Part shown: positions 36,644 through 47,942 of the stretch, one piece after another
How positions within the stretch are numbered: position 1 is the stretch's first letter
How the letters are laid out: every line of letters starts with the position of its first letter
Assembly (NCBI GenBank): GCA_017654855.1
Contig: CM030334.1
Span: forward strand, 1,612,001 to 1,676,000
From: Podospora anserina
Taxonomy: Eukaryota
Direction: 5' to 3'
DNA length: 64,000 nt
Translations under genes and position numbers: made by a program
The notes under the pieces: model-generated
What the model saw: the letters and a program-made list of their open reading frames with translations, nothing else
Told to the model about the DNA's origin: nothing
Database searches by the model: none

Positions 36644-37423
36644 CTAATACCCCTTGTACCTCTTATCCTCCCCCTTCAACCACCCCTCCACCACCTCCCT
36701 CCCCCGCCTCACCATCCCCTCCCTCTCCCTACCCAAAACCTCCAACTCCCCCAGTAACTCCCTCTCCACAAAAACCAAATGCTCCATCTCCACCGCCACC
36801 CCCTGGTTGTCCTTTGTCCTATCAAACCTCAACTCCATCTTATTCCTCCTAACCTGCTCCAGCGCCTGCTGCTTCCCCCTAATCCTCTCCTCCATGGCCA
36901 AAATCTCCTCCCTCATCCGATACTGCTCAGCACCAAACTGCCCCGTTTGTCTCTCCCGCTCACCGATCGACCTCTCCAGCTCTGGGCCTAGAGATGGGGC
37001 TTCCTCGCGGGGTTTGGGCTGGGCCGGGTTCCAGAAGGGGTAGTTTGGTGTGTCGTAGTTGCTTAGGGGTGGAGGGGGGTATTGTTGCCAGCTTGTGAGG
37101 GAGATGGGGAAGACACCACGGGCGGGGGTGTGCATGGGGATGTTGCGGTAGTGGTGGATTAGGGAGGGGGTGGAGCCGGGGATGTGCCCTCCGGGAGAGA
37201 TGCCGGCTCTTATGGCGGCTGTTGTGGCGGCTGTTGTGGCGGGTGAGTCCGGGGGTGCGGTGGTGGGCTGTGGGTTGTTGGGTGGGATGTTAGGAGGGGG
37301 GGCTGAGGGTGTGATTCTGAGAGAGTTGGTCGCGGTGGCGAGTGAAATATCGGTGGCTGTGGTCGGGGGATGAGCGCTGGTGTTAGAGCGCCTGCGGGTG
37401 CGGGTGCGGGTGGGACAGTCCAT
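36644..37423 (-). CDS. Hypothetical protein, Pro/Thr-rich N-half and coiled-coil C-half
   Basis: Likely start at MDCPTRTR (37423); charged heptad C-terminus; typical composition gradient. Confidence 0.65.
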   Translation of the reverse strand: MDCPTRTRTRRRSNTSAHPPTTATDISLATATNSLRITPSAPPPNIPPNNPQPTTAPPDSPATTAATTAAIRAGISPGGHIPGSTPSLIHHYRNIPMHTPARGVFPISLTSWQQYPPPPLSNYDTPNYPFWNPAQPKPREEAPSLGPELERSIGERERQTGQFGAEQYRMREEILAMEERIRGKQQALEQVRRNKMELRFDRTKDNQGVAVEMEHLVFVERELLGELEVLGREREGMVRRGREVVEGWLKGEDKRYKGY

Positions 37424-38625
37424 TGTTGTTGATGTTTGATGGGTGTGAAGTCTTGTTTGATGTCGAGGGGAAGGTTTTGTTGGCGTACGGGAAAGCCAAG
37501 GGTACGTTATATGTAGGGACTGGAGCATCTGGGTGGACAGTCTTGCCAGGTGAATGGGACGGGGTCTTGCAAAACTCTTCAATTCAGATGACAATGGATC
37601 GGATCGGCGGGTGACCGATACGTTCTTCGGCGCCATTTCATCTCTAACCGTCAAAAATGGGAAGGCACGAGAGCAAGTCGGAGAGCAGCTTGTTGGTGAT
37701 ATGGTCAGTTGCTCCAGATAAGAGCACAAGTCTCCATAGCAGCGAGGTCGTAAGAAGCATATAGATATCAGAGATGGACCTGTCCCCTCGATACTCATCA
37801 TGATTGTTATTCTTTTACAAAGTGATACCTTCTCTTTCTTCCATGCTAGATAGAAGTCCATCTACTGCTTGAGCTGAAAAGATCAAGTCACCAAAATACA
37901 CCCATTACCCATCAAACCGCCAAGAAGAATCCAAGTCGACTTCCTAGACTATACAAGTCCATAATCTGTCCGTCAAAAATCTCGAGCGAAGAAAGTCAGA
38001 GTCGATCGCAAAGTCACTCTACCTTCGACGAAGACTCGACCAAGACCAAGACCAAGACACCATTCACCAATCTCACCACCAACAACAACAGTCTTTCCGA
38101 TCATAATTACGTCTGGTCTAAAGGGCACGATCGCTACCCAGCCGGTGGAAAGCAAGGCCCGCCCACTGATCCGGTGTACCACGCTGTCTCACCTTCCCCT
38201 GAATGATCAGCTCTTAGTCTATCCTCAAAGCCAACATTCCGACAACATATTCCGACCGTTCCCGTCTCCCGGCCTCGGTCCCGCCCGTTCCTTCGGTCAA
38301 GCCTGCCATCAACATACCCAATCTGCCAAACGGACCCCAACAACAGGCGGGAGAGACTCGGGTTTTTTTTTTGGCCTTCCTGATCGTACCTGAGCATATA
38401 ACTTGAGTAAAGGGTGAGTGTTTTGCGGTGTGGGGCTTAAAGCTGAAAAGGGGCAAGTAAACAAAATCGATGTTGCTGTAACAACATCGAAAACAGGCGT
38501 TCTGAGTACAGCGATATAAAATACATCTCGTCGTAAGATCAAGCTCTTTTTATATGTAAATCTGGGTATCGCTCATTCAAATCCTCCTACTACGTCACAT
38601 TCCAACAGCTCCAAGACGAAATATC

Positions 38626-40662
38626 TCAAGACGTCACCGGCCCAACCGACACCTTCTCCATCTCCCTCCTCTGCATCTCCATCTCAGCATACATACTAAT
38701 CTTCTCCCTCCTCTTCCTCTCCGTCTCCAACTCCGCAAACCTCCCCCTGGCACCGTGCTTAATTTTGGTGATCATATCCGCCGCCTTCCCCCTCGTGATA
38801 TCCCCCGGCTCAAGCGGAACCAGCTTCGACCTCAGCTTATTCAAAAATCTCAGCTGCCCCTCCGACGCCGGTGCCTTCCTCCACGGCATCCTCTGCGAGA
38901 TATAAAACGGCGCATAAAATTCCGCCACAAACCTATCACACCCATGCACCGCATCCCTAAAATCCATCGTCCTTAATATCTCCCTCGGCGCCGCCCACGG
39001 TGACTTCCCATTCGAGAGCGCCCTCATCACATACCCCTTCCACATCGTCTTCCTCTCTCCCTCCTCCTCTCCATCTTTCCCGCGTGGGGGTACAGCCACC
39101 TCCTTCTCCAACCGCATCACATCCCTATCCGTGCTCAAAACGTACTTGTTCGGATTCACCTGCACCCACGCATTCTGACTAATAGCCCTAATATGCTTCT
39201 CCCCCGCCGCATCCGAGATCAGGTCAAAAACAGAATCATACTCGGTAAACGCCACCTTGTAGCTCTCTCCCGTCGGACGCGCCTTCTTGGCAGCCTTCGA
39301 CATCCTCTTCTCCCTCCCCTCCGCCGTCTCCTTCTTCTCTCCCCCCTCTCTCGCCAAAGCGAGAAGTTCCCCTCCCGTCTTCTCCGCAACCAACTCATCC
39401 GGATCCAGCCCAAACAGCGTCGGCGTGGTGATGATCCCCACGTCCAAACTCGCCACCATGTCAATAACATGACAATTCTCCTTCCCCTCATGCAGCCTCA
39501 TCCCCCGTCCGATCATCTGTATCAGCAAATTCCTCGACCTCGTCGGCCTGGCCAACACGACGCAGTCAATATTGGGAATATCCGTCCCCTCGGTAAAAAC
39601 ACCACAGTTAAGCAAGACAGGAAACTCCTTTTTCTTGAACTTCTCCAGCGTTTCCGCCCGCTCCTTGGCCGGGGTGTCGCCGAATACATACCTGGCATCA
39701 ATCCCGTGATGCCGAAACCGTTCCGTCAAAGCCGCCACATGGCTCAGATCAACGCAAAAGACCAGCGTGGACTGTCTCTTTGGTGGTGCGGCTTTTGCAA
39801 ACCAGGCTCGAACGACAATGTCGTTTAGCTCGGGGGAGTTGACGGCTCTTGACAACGAGGCGGTTTCGAACTCGCCTGTCCCACCCGCACCCTTGGCTCG
39901 GACGCCGGAGAGGTCGGCTCTGGACTCGACGGTGGTGAAGACGACTTCGGAAAGCCACTTGTCCGCAATCATGTCGATGTAATCCTTGTGGTAGACGATC
40001 TCGTCGATGGCCGCTCCTAGTTTTAGGCCGTCTGAGCGGGAAAAGGTGGCTGATACGCCGACCAGGGTGGGGGAGTCGGGTTGTTTTTGCCGGAGGTTCA
40101 TGTGCTCCAAGATCTTGAGATAGCCTGGGGCGACGATGTGGTGTGCTTCATCGACGAGGACAAGTTTGTAGTTTGAGGGGTCGAACTTCAGGAGACGGTC
40201 TTTGGACAGGATGGATTGCATGCTGGCGACGGTGATGTCGGCAAAGCCGGTTGCTTGGAGGTTTCCGAGCTCGACTTCGACGGTCTTGTTTGGGTAGGCT
40301 GACTGGCAGTGGCGGGCGGCTTGCTCGACTAGTTCTCGCCTGTGGGCGAGGATGAGGGTGCGGGTTGCTTGGGGGTTTGGGGGTGTGACGCGGTCGATGA
40401 GGTGGGTGAAGATGACTGTTTTGCCGGCGCCGGTGGCGAGGGAGATGCCGAGGCGTTTGTGGCCTTGGGTTATGGAGGTCAGGACTGCTTGGATGCATTC
40501 TTCTTGGTAGGCGCGGAGTTGGATGGGGGTTGGTGGTGATTCTTGTGAGAGGCGGGTGGTGGTTGTGGTGAAGGGGCGTGAGGGCCAGAGTTGGAAGGAG
40601 GTGGTTGGGTCTTTGGGGGATTCTTTGAGACGGAGGGCGGTTTTGATGAGCCGCTTCATCAT
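38626..40662 (-). CDS. IRC3: Mitochondrial DExH-box helicase Irc3
   Basis: Presequence, LRAYQ, ATGAGKT, VDEAHH, SAT, VFTEGTDIPNIDC, QMIGRGMR, C-terminal WRKAPASEGQL. Confidence 0.93.
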   Translation of the reverse strand: MMKRLIKTALRLKESPKDPTTSFQLWPSRPFTTTTTRLSQESPPTPIQLRAYQEECIQAVLTSITQGHKRLGISLATGAGKTVIFTHLIDRVTPPNPQATRTLILAHRRELVEQAARHCQSAYPNKTVEVELGNLQATGFADITVASMQSILSKDRLLKFDPSNYKLVLVDEAHHIVAPGYLKILEHMNLRQKQPDSPTLVGVSATFSRSDGLKLGAAIDEIVYHKDYIDMIADKWLSEVVFTTVESRADLSGVRAKGAGGTGEFETASLSRAVNSPELNDIVVRAWFAKAAPPKRQSTLVFCVDLSHVAALTERFRHHGIDARYVFGDTPAKERAETLEKFKKKEFPVLLNCGVFTEGTDIPNIDCVVLARPTRSRNLLIQMIGRGMRLHEGKENCHVIDMVASLDVGIITTPTLFGLDPDELVAEKTGGELLALAREGGEKKETAEGREKRMSKAAKKARPTGESYKVAFTEYDSVFDLISDAAGEKHIRAISQNAWVQVNPNKYVLSTDRDVMRLEKEVAVPPRGKDGEEEGERKTMWKGYVMRALSNGKSPWAAPREILRTMDFRDAVHGCDRFVAEFYAPFYISQRMPWRKAPASEGQLRFLNKLRSKLVPLEPGDITRGKAADMITKIKHGARGRFAELETERKRREKISMYAEMEMQRREMEKVSVGPVTS

Positions 40663-41106
40663 GGCTATGGTGAGCTAGAGTGAGTGAGTGAGTGACTAAA
40701 TCTCATGGACGGTGGGTGTGTAAGTCGTCTTTTCATGAAAAGAGGTCGTTGATGTTTGAGATTGACAGCTGGTGAGGTGAAAGTTGCAGCTGGGGGCTGC
40801 TGTGCGGCTGTGTGATTGGTCAATTTTCTTCAGTGGGCGGACCGCCTGGGATTGCAGTACGCACCTCACTAACGCTTCACTGTAACAGCTGCAGCATCAC
40901 CGATGAGATTTGAGTTTCGACCGAGTTTTCCTCACCAATACATCAACAAACTCATGTTTTCAGGCGACCTGATCGATTTTATCTGTATCAGTGAGTTATC
41001 TCTCATACACCACCTATCAAAGGTAATGCTAACATCAATTACAGAATTGATCGAGGAACTAAAGTCACTGCTCATCACTCAAAACGAACGGTCTCCTCAA
41101 GTTAAC

Positions 41107-42960
41107 ATGGACATCGACGACGGGTCAGACGGCCAAAGTCCCAACACTGGACCACGCTCCCGCCGGATATCTATGCCAATCCGATCTTCGGGGGTAGACC
41201 CAGCACTTATCGATCCGGAGATTCTAGGTTCCGACTGCGAGCGGGAGGAGCCCGAGCTCAACGAGTTTGATGATGCGGAAGAGCGAGAATATGCCCCGTC
41301 AGATGCCTCCTCCGAGTACACTGCCCGGCCTAGTTCGGATGACGAAAATGACATCGATTCACCGCCAGACTACGACCTACCCGCGGAGCAACCACCCCAA
41401 TCCAAACCAAAAAAACGTTCTCTCAGCACCACCTCCCCCCGCCCTCTCAAACGCCGCAAACCACCACCCCCCTTCCGCCCCGCCTACCTCGACCTCCTGA
41501 ACGAAGACATCGTCTCCACCTCCACCAAATTCCTCCCACCACCCCCCTCCTTCCCCCCCCTATCCGACTCCCAACACGGCCTCGCATACTGGACCGAAAC
41601 CGAAAAGATCCTCCTCTTCGAATCCCTCTCCCGCCTCGGCCCCTCCAACCCCCTCGCCATATCCCAACGCCTCAAAACAAAATCCGAACTCGAAGTCTCA
41701 GCCTACATCTCCCTCCTCAAATCTTCGGCCGGTGGTTCAGACCCAATCCCCGTATCCGACATCCCTTCCGCAGTAGAACTCTCCCCAGCCCTCTGCCTAG
41801 CCCTCGAAGACGCCTCCGACGCTGTAGCAACAAAACAACTCACCCACGAACGAACCCTCGAATCTAACAAATGGGGCCCAGCACACTGGCTCATCACCCC
41901 CCAAAACATCGAAGAGATCGAACGTGATCCCGACCCCAAAATGCTCTTCCACCCCCTTTTTCGTCTGCGGACTTGGCTTAAGCTCTCGGAGCGGGTGTTT
42001 ATGAACTCGAGGGTGGAAGACTATAACTACCGCACTTTTCTGCCGGAGAAGGGACAAAAACCGGGGATTCGTGCTACTGCGCTCGAGGATTTTTATTCGT
42101 TGGTCGTCTCCCTCACGCGAAGATTGGTGGCGACGTCTATTTTCATGGCAGAGGAGAGGATAGACCAAAAGAGGAAGAGTGCTTATCCCGAGATTAGCAG
42201 GCGGGTTTGGAAAGGGGATGTGAAGGCTGCGCTGCTGGCGGTGAATATGCCTAGTCCTGCCAGGAGGGAAAGGGAGAAGTTTTGGGGAGAGGCTGCGAGG
42301 AGGCTGAGGTTGAATGTTGTGGACGATAGTGCCCAGGACGAGAAGGTGAGGATGGGGTGGGATCAGGTGGAGGAGGTGTTGGGGGTTCGGACGACGGGTG
42401 GTGGTGGCCCCGGTACCGCTGCTTCAGCGCCAGAGGGAGAAGATGATGACGAGGGGTCGGAATATGAGGAAGCCGAGCAATATGAGAATGAGAGCGAGTA
42501 CTCGTTTGTGATTGATGGCTTGGCTGAGAAGCTGCCTGTGTTGGAGGAGGTGGACGAGGCGGTCAGGTTTAGTGCGTTGGAGTACCCTGATAACAAGCAG
42601 GCGAGGAAGACCTTGAGGGACAGGATTAGGAATGAAAAGGAGAGGGAGGGTTACGCGGACAAGCTTGATATGAGCGCGTCGCGTGTGGAGGAGAGGAGGT
42701 TGTGGGAGTTGCTGGGCCAGAAGCCGCCTGAGGGGATGGCACCGCTGGAGGAACCGGTGAGGCCGGCGGCCAGTAAAGGAAAAATAAAGACTGTGGCGGA
42801 GCTGATTGGGGGGTTTGATAGGGGTTTGAAGACAGAGGGGGAGGTGCCGAGCAATTGGGAGATGGAGTATGTCTTGTTGAAGCAAGCAGAGAGGGAAAAG
42901 GAGAAGGCCGGGCGGGAGAGGTTGAGGGAGCTGAACAAGCAAGTGGACGATGATGAATGA
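41107..42960 (+). CDS. RRN5: RNA polymerase I upstream activation factor subunit Rrn5-like (SANT/Myb-like domain)
   Basis: YWTETEKILLFESLSRLG..KTKSELEVSAYI, PSAVELS, LKLSERVFMN, EDFYSLVVSLTRRLV resemble filamentous-fungal Rrn5. Start codon uncertain. Confidence 0.75.
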   Translation: MDIDDGSDGQSPNTGPRSRRISMPIRSSGVDPALIDPEILGSDCEREEPELNEFDDAEEREYAPSDASSEYTARPSSDDENDIDSPPDYDLPAEQPPQSKPKKRSLSTTSPRPLKRRKPPPPFRPAYLDLLNEDIVSTSTKFLPPPPSFPPLSDSQHGLAYWTETEKILLFESLSRLGPSNPLAISQRLKTKSELEVSAYISLLKSSAGGSDPIPVSDIPSAVELSPALCLALEDASDAVATKQLTHERTLESNKWGPAHWLITPQNIEEIERDPDPKMLFHPLFRLRTWLKLSERVFMNSRVEDYNYRTFLPEKGQKPGIRATALEDFYSLVVSLTRRLVATSIFMAEERIDQKRKSAYPEISRRVWKGDVKAALLAVNMPSPARREREKFWGEAARRLRLNVVDDSAQDEKVRMGWDQVEEVLGVRTTGGGGPGTAASAPEGEDDDEGSEYEEAEQYENESEYSFVIDGLAEKLPVLEEVDEAVRFSALEYPDNKQARKTLRDRIRNEKEREGYADKLDMSASRVEERRLWELLGQKPPEGMAPLEEPVRPAASKGKIKTVAELIGGFDRGLKTEGEVPSNWEMEYVLLKQAEREKEKAGRERLRELNKQVDDDE

Positions 42961-42985
42961 TGTTGTGGGTCATCTTTCCACCACC

Positions 42986-43092
42986 TTGACTGGCAGCATC
43001 AATCCATTTCAGAGTCTCAACCACAGAACTTGTGAACCTATATGTTTGACAGGCAGCATCAGCCCATTCAAGAGTCTCCTACAAAACCTGTG
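42986..43092. repeat. Two imperfect ~48-bp direct repeats (period 60) between convergent genes
   Basis: ttgactggcagcatcaatccatttcagagtctc..cagaacttgtg versus ttgacaggcagcatcagcccattcaagagtctc..caaaacctgtg. Confidence 0.85.
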
Positions 43093-43106
43093 CCTTTACC
43101 TCTTAA

Positions 43107-46100
43107 TCACTCCCCACCCCCAAAAACCTCATCAATCCTCCTCTTCCTATCCCAAACAACCTTATCATCACTCTTCCTCCTGAAATACAGAATCCGATGC
43201 TGCGGAATAAACTCCTCATCCGTCTGCTCAGTCTTCCAGTCATCGAGTTCCTTCTCCTGCGCCCCCAAGAACCGATCCTCATACCCCACCACAAAATCCC
43301 CCGACTCCATCCCCGGATCCCACCTCAACCGGTTCATCACATCAATCGCGCTCCTCAGCTTCCCCTCTCTCGTCACAATAACATACTCCTTCTTCTTTCC
43401 CTTCTTCTTCCTCCCCTTCTTCTCAACCTCATAATCCTCCTCGCCGTCATCCCCCCCCTCTTCCAATTCCTCCTCACCATCCTCCTCCTCTTCCGTCTCC
43501 TCCTCCCCGGCGTTCCCCTCCCCCCACTCCCTCACATCCAACACCAACTCCGGAAGCGAGGTCTGGTTAACCAGAGAGGCAGACATCCACCGATTCTGCG
43601 GATTAAAATACTTCTCATCCCCCCTGATCTGCCCCTCAAACCTCGGCAGCACACCCCGCAACTGCCCCAGCGCGTTCAGCAGCTCGCTCTTCCCCAAGCC
43701 CTCCGACGCCTTGTCCAGTCCGATGAGATAACACCCCCTGTACGACCCGCCATCCTCTGTCAGATCAGCCGCCTCGACAAACCTCGCTGGCCAGATCCTC
43801 GCGTGGAGGGAGGAACACTTCCTTCCTATGTCTACCAGTAAAAGCGCACAGCGGGACTCGAACCACCCGAGAAAAGAGGCTCCTTTTGTGGGCGACAAGC
43901 CCCAGTAGGAGAGATCGAGCTTGATATAGGTTTTGAACTGTGTTAAAAACGTTGTTGCGGGAGCCGAGAGAAAGGATGACCAGGATGGGGAGGAAGAAAG
44001 GGCGGAAGCGGCAAGGGAGAATTCCCTTTGGAGGGTCAGGACGGAGGGGAGGGTGGCGGCGGAGGCGGTGTTAAGGCCGGGAGGGAAGTACCCCAGGATG
44101 GCGAGGGGTTCGCGGTAGGAGCGTGTGTATTGCGGTACTGAGGTGTGAAAGCTTGGGTCGAAGACTAGATTGTTGGCAAAGTCAAAGGCGGAGTAATGGG
44201 TGAAGAAAGAGGTGATCAAATCCTCGACGGAAGGTTTGGATTTGGCAAGAAGCTTCTGCACGCGAACGAGGAGGATGGCGACTTGGATTCCCGATAGGTA
44301 CCCAAAGCGGGCGGAGTAGACACCACGGGATCTAGCCCAGGTTTTGATGAAGCGGTGGGCTAGGCGGAAAGAGACAAGATCAGGGAGGGAACGGCGGAGG
44401 TAATCAATGTCGCGGATGGCTTTGAGCTTGTTGAGGGTCTGCGGGGCGAGGGACCAGACGGGATCTTTGGCTGGGAGCCGGAGGACGTTGGGCCACTGTT
44501 GAGCAACGGAGGCGGCCGGGCAGTATTGGAGGTCCATTCTGACGCCTTGGACTTCGAGCTCGAGCATGGTGCCTGTGTTGGCTTTGACTCGGCGGAGAAT
44601 GCGGACACCCTGGGTGGCGGCTTTGCGGAGGGATGAGGAGGCAACGGAGAAGAAGGTGTTGGAGCTGAAGGGGCCGATGCAGCAGACGTCGATGTCGGAT
44701 GAGGTTGTCCATACTCCGAGAGCGTATGAGCCCACGGGAACGACGACTACAGAAGATTGGAGTCTGGCGGCAGCGGGGGTCTTAGTGGTGGCGTCGAGAA
44801 GGAGAGTTTTGAGCAGCTCAAAGGCCTCTCTTCTCTGGGCAGCTTCCTCCTCGCCGGGGGTGACATTCAGCTCGGAGAGACAAGCCTTGATACCGCCAGC
44901 CCCCGAGAGTGCCTTTGGCGCCTTCTCAAGATGAGCAGGCACAACAAGCGGGTTTTCTGGCTCCTGTTCCTGTTCCATTTCCTCTTTCTCGTCATCTCCA
45001 AACCCTCCAATGCTGAGCACAGCCCGGATCCCCCAGTGGTCACTGGCGAAGGACTCCTCGACAGCATCTCCAACATGGCCCTTTTCCTGACCAAACATGT
45101 TGAACTCCTTCACATCGAGAAAATCCTCGCCGCGAACAAGAATCCGGTCATATCGCTGTGGCCAGATATTTCCACCACTCAAAGTCACCGCAACACCATT
45201 GACAGGCGGATCCCATGTTGCACCACCATCCTTGTCCTCAGCAGTAACCTCCCAGGCATCCACCAAGCCGGCGTCCTTGAAAATAGTGTCCAATCCTTTC
45301 CACTGCTCAACCGTAAGGTCCGAAACATTCTTCTTCTCCAGCGCCTCCTGAATGGCCTCTTTCGAAGTAGCAATATTCCAATCCCCAGCCAGCACCCAAG
45401 GACACCCCCCATAATTCTCCTCCAAATACCCAATCAACCTCTTGATATCCCCCTTCCTCGATGCCACCGCCCCATCAGTAAGTCCATGACTGAGATGAAC
45501 CACTGCCAGCACAACCGGCTTGAACTCATCCCCCTGCCACTTTCCCACATGTCGAAACCTAGCCACCAAAGCACCCTTGTGCTTCCTCTGGAAAGAAACA
45601 GATTCCCAGTCAAAGGCGACCTTGCTCAAGACAACCATATTGAGAAAATTCGGCAGCGGCCCCATACCCGGCTGATCAGGCGGTCCGTGAGAGCAATACG
45701 GATACCGATCCGAGACTCTCTCGTCACTGAGCAGAAACGACAGGAACCCATCCGTGACCTCCTGCAAGACCAGCGCGTCCGCGTCGGCCTTGTCGTCGAG
45801 AATGTTGTTCACAAGGAGGGGATACCGGTCCTCTTTTTGTGGGTACTCAAACTCAGCGAGAACGTTATAACTCGCCACCGTCAACATCTTTCTCCCTTGC
45901 CCTTCGTCGCTGTCATCTCGATCATAGTCCCCCTCCTGAGCAACCCCCCAAATCCGCATCTCCTCATCCCAGTACACCGTCCTCCCGCTCATCAGCTCAT
46001 CTCTATACCCCTTCTCTTCCCCCGTCTCTCCCAAAAACCCCTGATCAAACCCCCTCGTCTCTTCCAAAACCGTCACCTTCCCATCATGCACCCCCACCGT

Positions 46101-46667
46101 CCCCCAAAGTCTCATCTTCCCATTTTCCCTCCTCAAAATCACCAGTTCTTCCACTCTGAAATAACACCCCGACATCAGACCCAACTTTCCCATCAAATTC
46201 TCCCACTCCTTCCCCGCTACCTCGCCCGCAGCCTGCCCCATGGTCAAATGCATCTTAAAGGGTCGGTCATTCTTCCCCTCTACCCCCCGTTTCTTAAATC
46301 CACTGACAAGATCATGAACAAGGTCTCTGAGCTGTTCACGCTGGTCTTGGTAGGGGGAAGTGAGGAAACAGACACTTTCGTTGCGGCGGGGAAAGTGTCC
46401 TGGCTGAGTGAGTGCAATCGTAAATGGGTCAGGGGTTGTTTTCCGGGTGGAGAGGATTGAGGAAATGATGTGAGAAGCGGCGGGGAGGGAGGAAGGGGGG
46501 CAGAAGGGGTAAATGAGGTTGACGTGGGGTGGCCATTTGTGGGAGGCGGCGTCGTAGAGGGAGCGGATGCGGTTAAGGGTTGGCCATTGGGACTCGTAGG
46601 GGAGGATGGCGAGGGCTGTGTCGTATGAGTTGAATGAGGAGTTGAATGAGGGTTCGTCGGTCGCCAT
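43107..46667 (-). CDS. Multidomain RNA-processing protein: 2H phosphoesterase + EEP phosphoesterase + poly(A)-polymerase-like nucleotidyltransferase + MJ1316 (DUF504) domain
   Basis: 2H: WPPHVNLIYPF and MHLTMG. EEP: SYNVL, LQEV, GDWN, RYDRIL, SDH. NTase: GSYALG..SDID..MDLQY, FGYLSG. MJ1316: DVMNRLRWDP..VGYEDRF..FIPQHRILYF..VWDRKRRID. Confidence 0.92.
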   Translation of the reverse strand: MATDEPSFNSSFNSYDTALAILPYESQWPTLNRIRSLYDAASHKWPPHVNLIYPFCPPSSLPAASHIISSILSTRKTTPDPFTIALTQPGHFPRRNESVCFLTSPYQDQREQLRDLVHDLVSGFKKRGVEGKNDRPFKMHLTMGQAAGEVAGKEWENLMGKLGLMSGCYFRVEELVILRRENGKMRLWGTVGVHDGKVTVLEETRGFDQGFLGETGEEKGYRDELMSGRTVYWDEEMRIWGVAQEGDYDRDDSDEGQGRKMLTVASYNVLAEFEYPQKEDRYPLLVNNILDDKADADALVLQEVTDGFLSFLLSDERVSDRYPYCSHGPPDQPGMGPLPNFLNMVVLSKVAFDWESVSFQRKHKGALVARFRHVGKWQGDEFKPVVLAVVHLSHGLTDGAVASRKGDIKRLIGYLEENYGGCPWVLAGDWNIATSKEAIQEALEKKNVSDLTVEQWKGLDTIFKDAGLVDAWEVTAEDKDGGATWDPPVNGVAVTLSGGNIWPQRYDRILVRGEDFLDVKEFNMFGQEKGHVGDAVEESFASDHWGIRAVLSIGGFGDDEKEEMEQEQEPENPLVVPAHLEKAPKALSGAGGIKACLSELNVTPGEEEAAQRREAFELLKTLLLDATTKTPAAARLQSSVVVVPVGSYALGVWTTSSDIDVCCIGPFSSNTFFSVASSSLRKAATQGVRILRRVKANTGTMLELEVQGVRMDLQYCPAASVAQQWPNVLRLPAKDPVWSLAPQTLNKLKAIRDIDYLRRSLPDLVSFRLAHRFIKTWARSRGVYSARFGYLSGIQVAILLVRVQKLLAKSKPSVEDLITSFFTHYSAFDFANNLVFDPSFHTSVPQYTRSYREPLAILGYFPPGLNTASAATLPSVLTLQREFSLAASALSSSPSWSSFLSAPATTFLTQFKTYIKLDLSYWGLSPTKGASFLGWFESRCALLLVDIGRKCSSLHARIWPARFVEAADLTEDGGSYRGCYLIGLDKASEGLGKSELLNALGQLRGVLPRFEGQIRGDEKYFNPQNRWMSASLVNQTSLPELVLDVREWGEGNAGEEETEEEEDGEEELEEGGDDGEEDYEVEKKGRKKKGKKKEYVIVTREGKLRSAIDVMNRLRWDPGMESGDFVVGYEDRFLGAQEKELDDWKTEQTDEEFIPQHRILYFRRKSDDKVVWDRKRRIDEVFGGGE

Positions 46668-47942
46668 GGCTGTTGTTGGCGACTAAAACTTGATAGAGAT
46701 TTATCGAGGTTGTAAAAGGGGGGTATAAGTGGTGTGAAAGTGAAGCTATTCGCAGTTGTCAACTGTGTCGTGTCGATCGTGAAATAGATCAGTGTGTCGC
46801 CCTGTTACACTGCGATGAAATAAATCGATATCGAATCTGATAGCAACTCCAACACGAACCCAGATCCAAGGACCGCTCAGTCTTATACATGACCTCACAT
46901 CTCACCATACCCAACGACGCATTCCCACAGCATCAATGACTGCTTCCCCGCATTGGCGGCGCCCAGCTCGCCAATTCCCACCGCTTAAGCCGCTTTTGGG
47001 GGCCATCGGAGCCCGCTAACGCAGGTACGACCACTAAAGAGACCCTGGAATCACTCCGGTGAGTCACTGGCCGGTGTTTACTCGGTAGAACGGCATACTT
47101 CTTGCAGGTCGCGAGAAGGAACGAGGTTTGCTGTGCGAAAATGCCTTGCCGTGATGAATTGTAGAAGACGGTCTACTCGATTCGGCGATATGTGCAAGTG
47201 ATAGACCTATACTCGCTTCTTCTGAAAATGAAAAAGACAATGGTTGAAATTGGCAGCGAGTCTGGAAGTCATCGTGGCGCAGCACCTCTGCCGGACAGCT
47301 CCAAGCCCGCGATGTCAGGTTGTGAGAGGCTGATGGTCGAACCGGCTGTGCGGTTGGTGTCGCTGCCAATAAGCAATCCGCATTCTGATGAAAAAGGAAG
47401 GATGGTGTTGAAGAGAGAGGCCGCCGGTTTGTGGGGTGGAAGAGTGTATTGGGTGGGGTTGTTCTCGAAAAAGTGTTAGTGCATTGCTGCAAACAGTTGC
47501 GGGAACACTAACATTTTGTGGAGCACATCAACCTCCAGGGTCCGGTGGCTTGCTTCCCGAACACCAACTTCCTCTCAACCTCACTCACCACCCAAAACTC
47601 ACTTGAATCTGGCTCTTTGGGTTGTGAGGTGTAAAATGCATATCGTCTCTGCGGCGCTCGAAATGCCGCCTATCATGATCGAGCAGCATCTCATCGGAGT
47701 GGCTGCCTGTCTGCCAGCCCAATGACAGCGATATGTTGTTGTTCGAGTTCATCAGCCGCAGTTTCTCTTGAATATGGTGGGCATCTTCAACGGTTCATGT
47801 TGGCCCCTTCTACCTAATATCCAGCCTTATATTTGAAGCCATTCTCATGTTCGCGAAGTGAAGCAAATGTCGAAAGTGTTTTAAAGCACCATCAACCTCA
47901 CCCTCCCATGTCTTCTTGATCCAGGGGTAATCCTCCCTCAAA

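Noticed and set aside
44757-46460. 567-aa plus-strand ORF antisense to the fusion gene
   Set aside because: No domain; explained by codon bias and skew of the real minus-strand gene.
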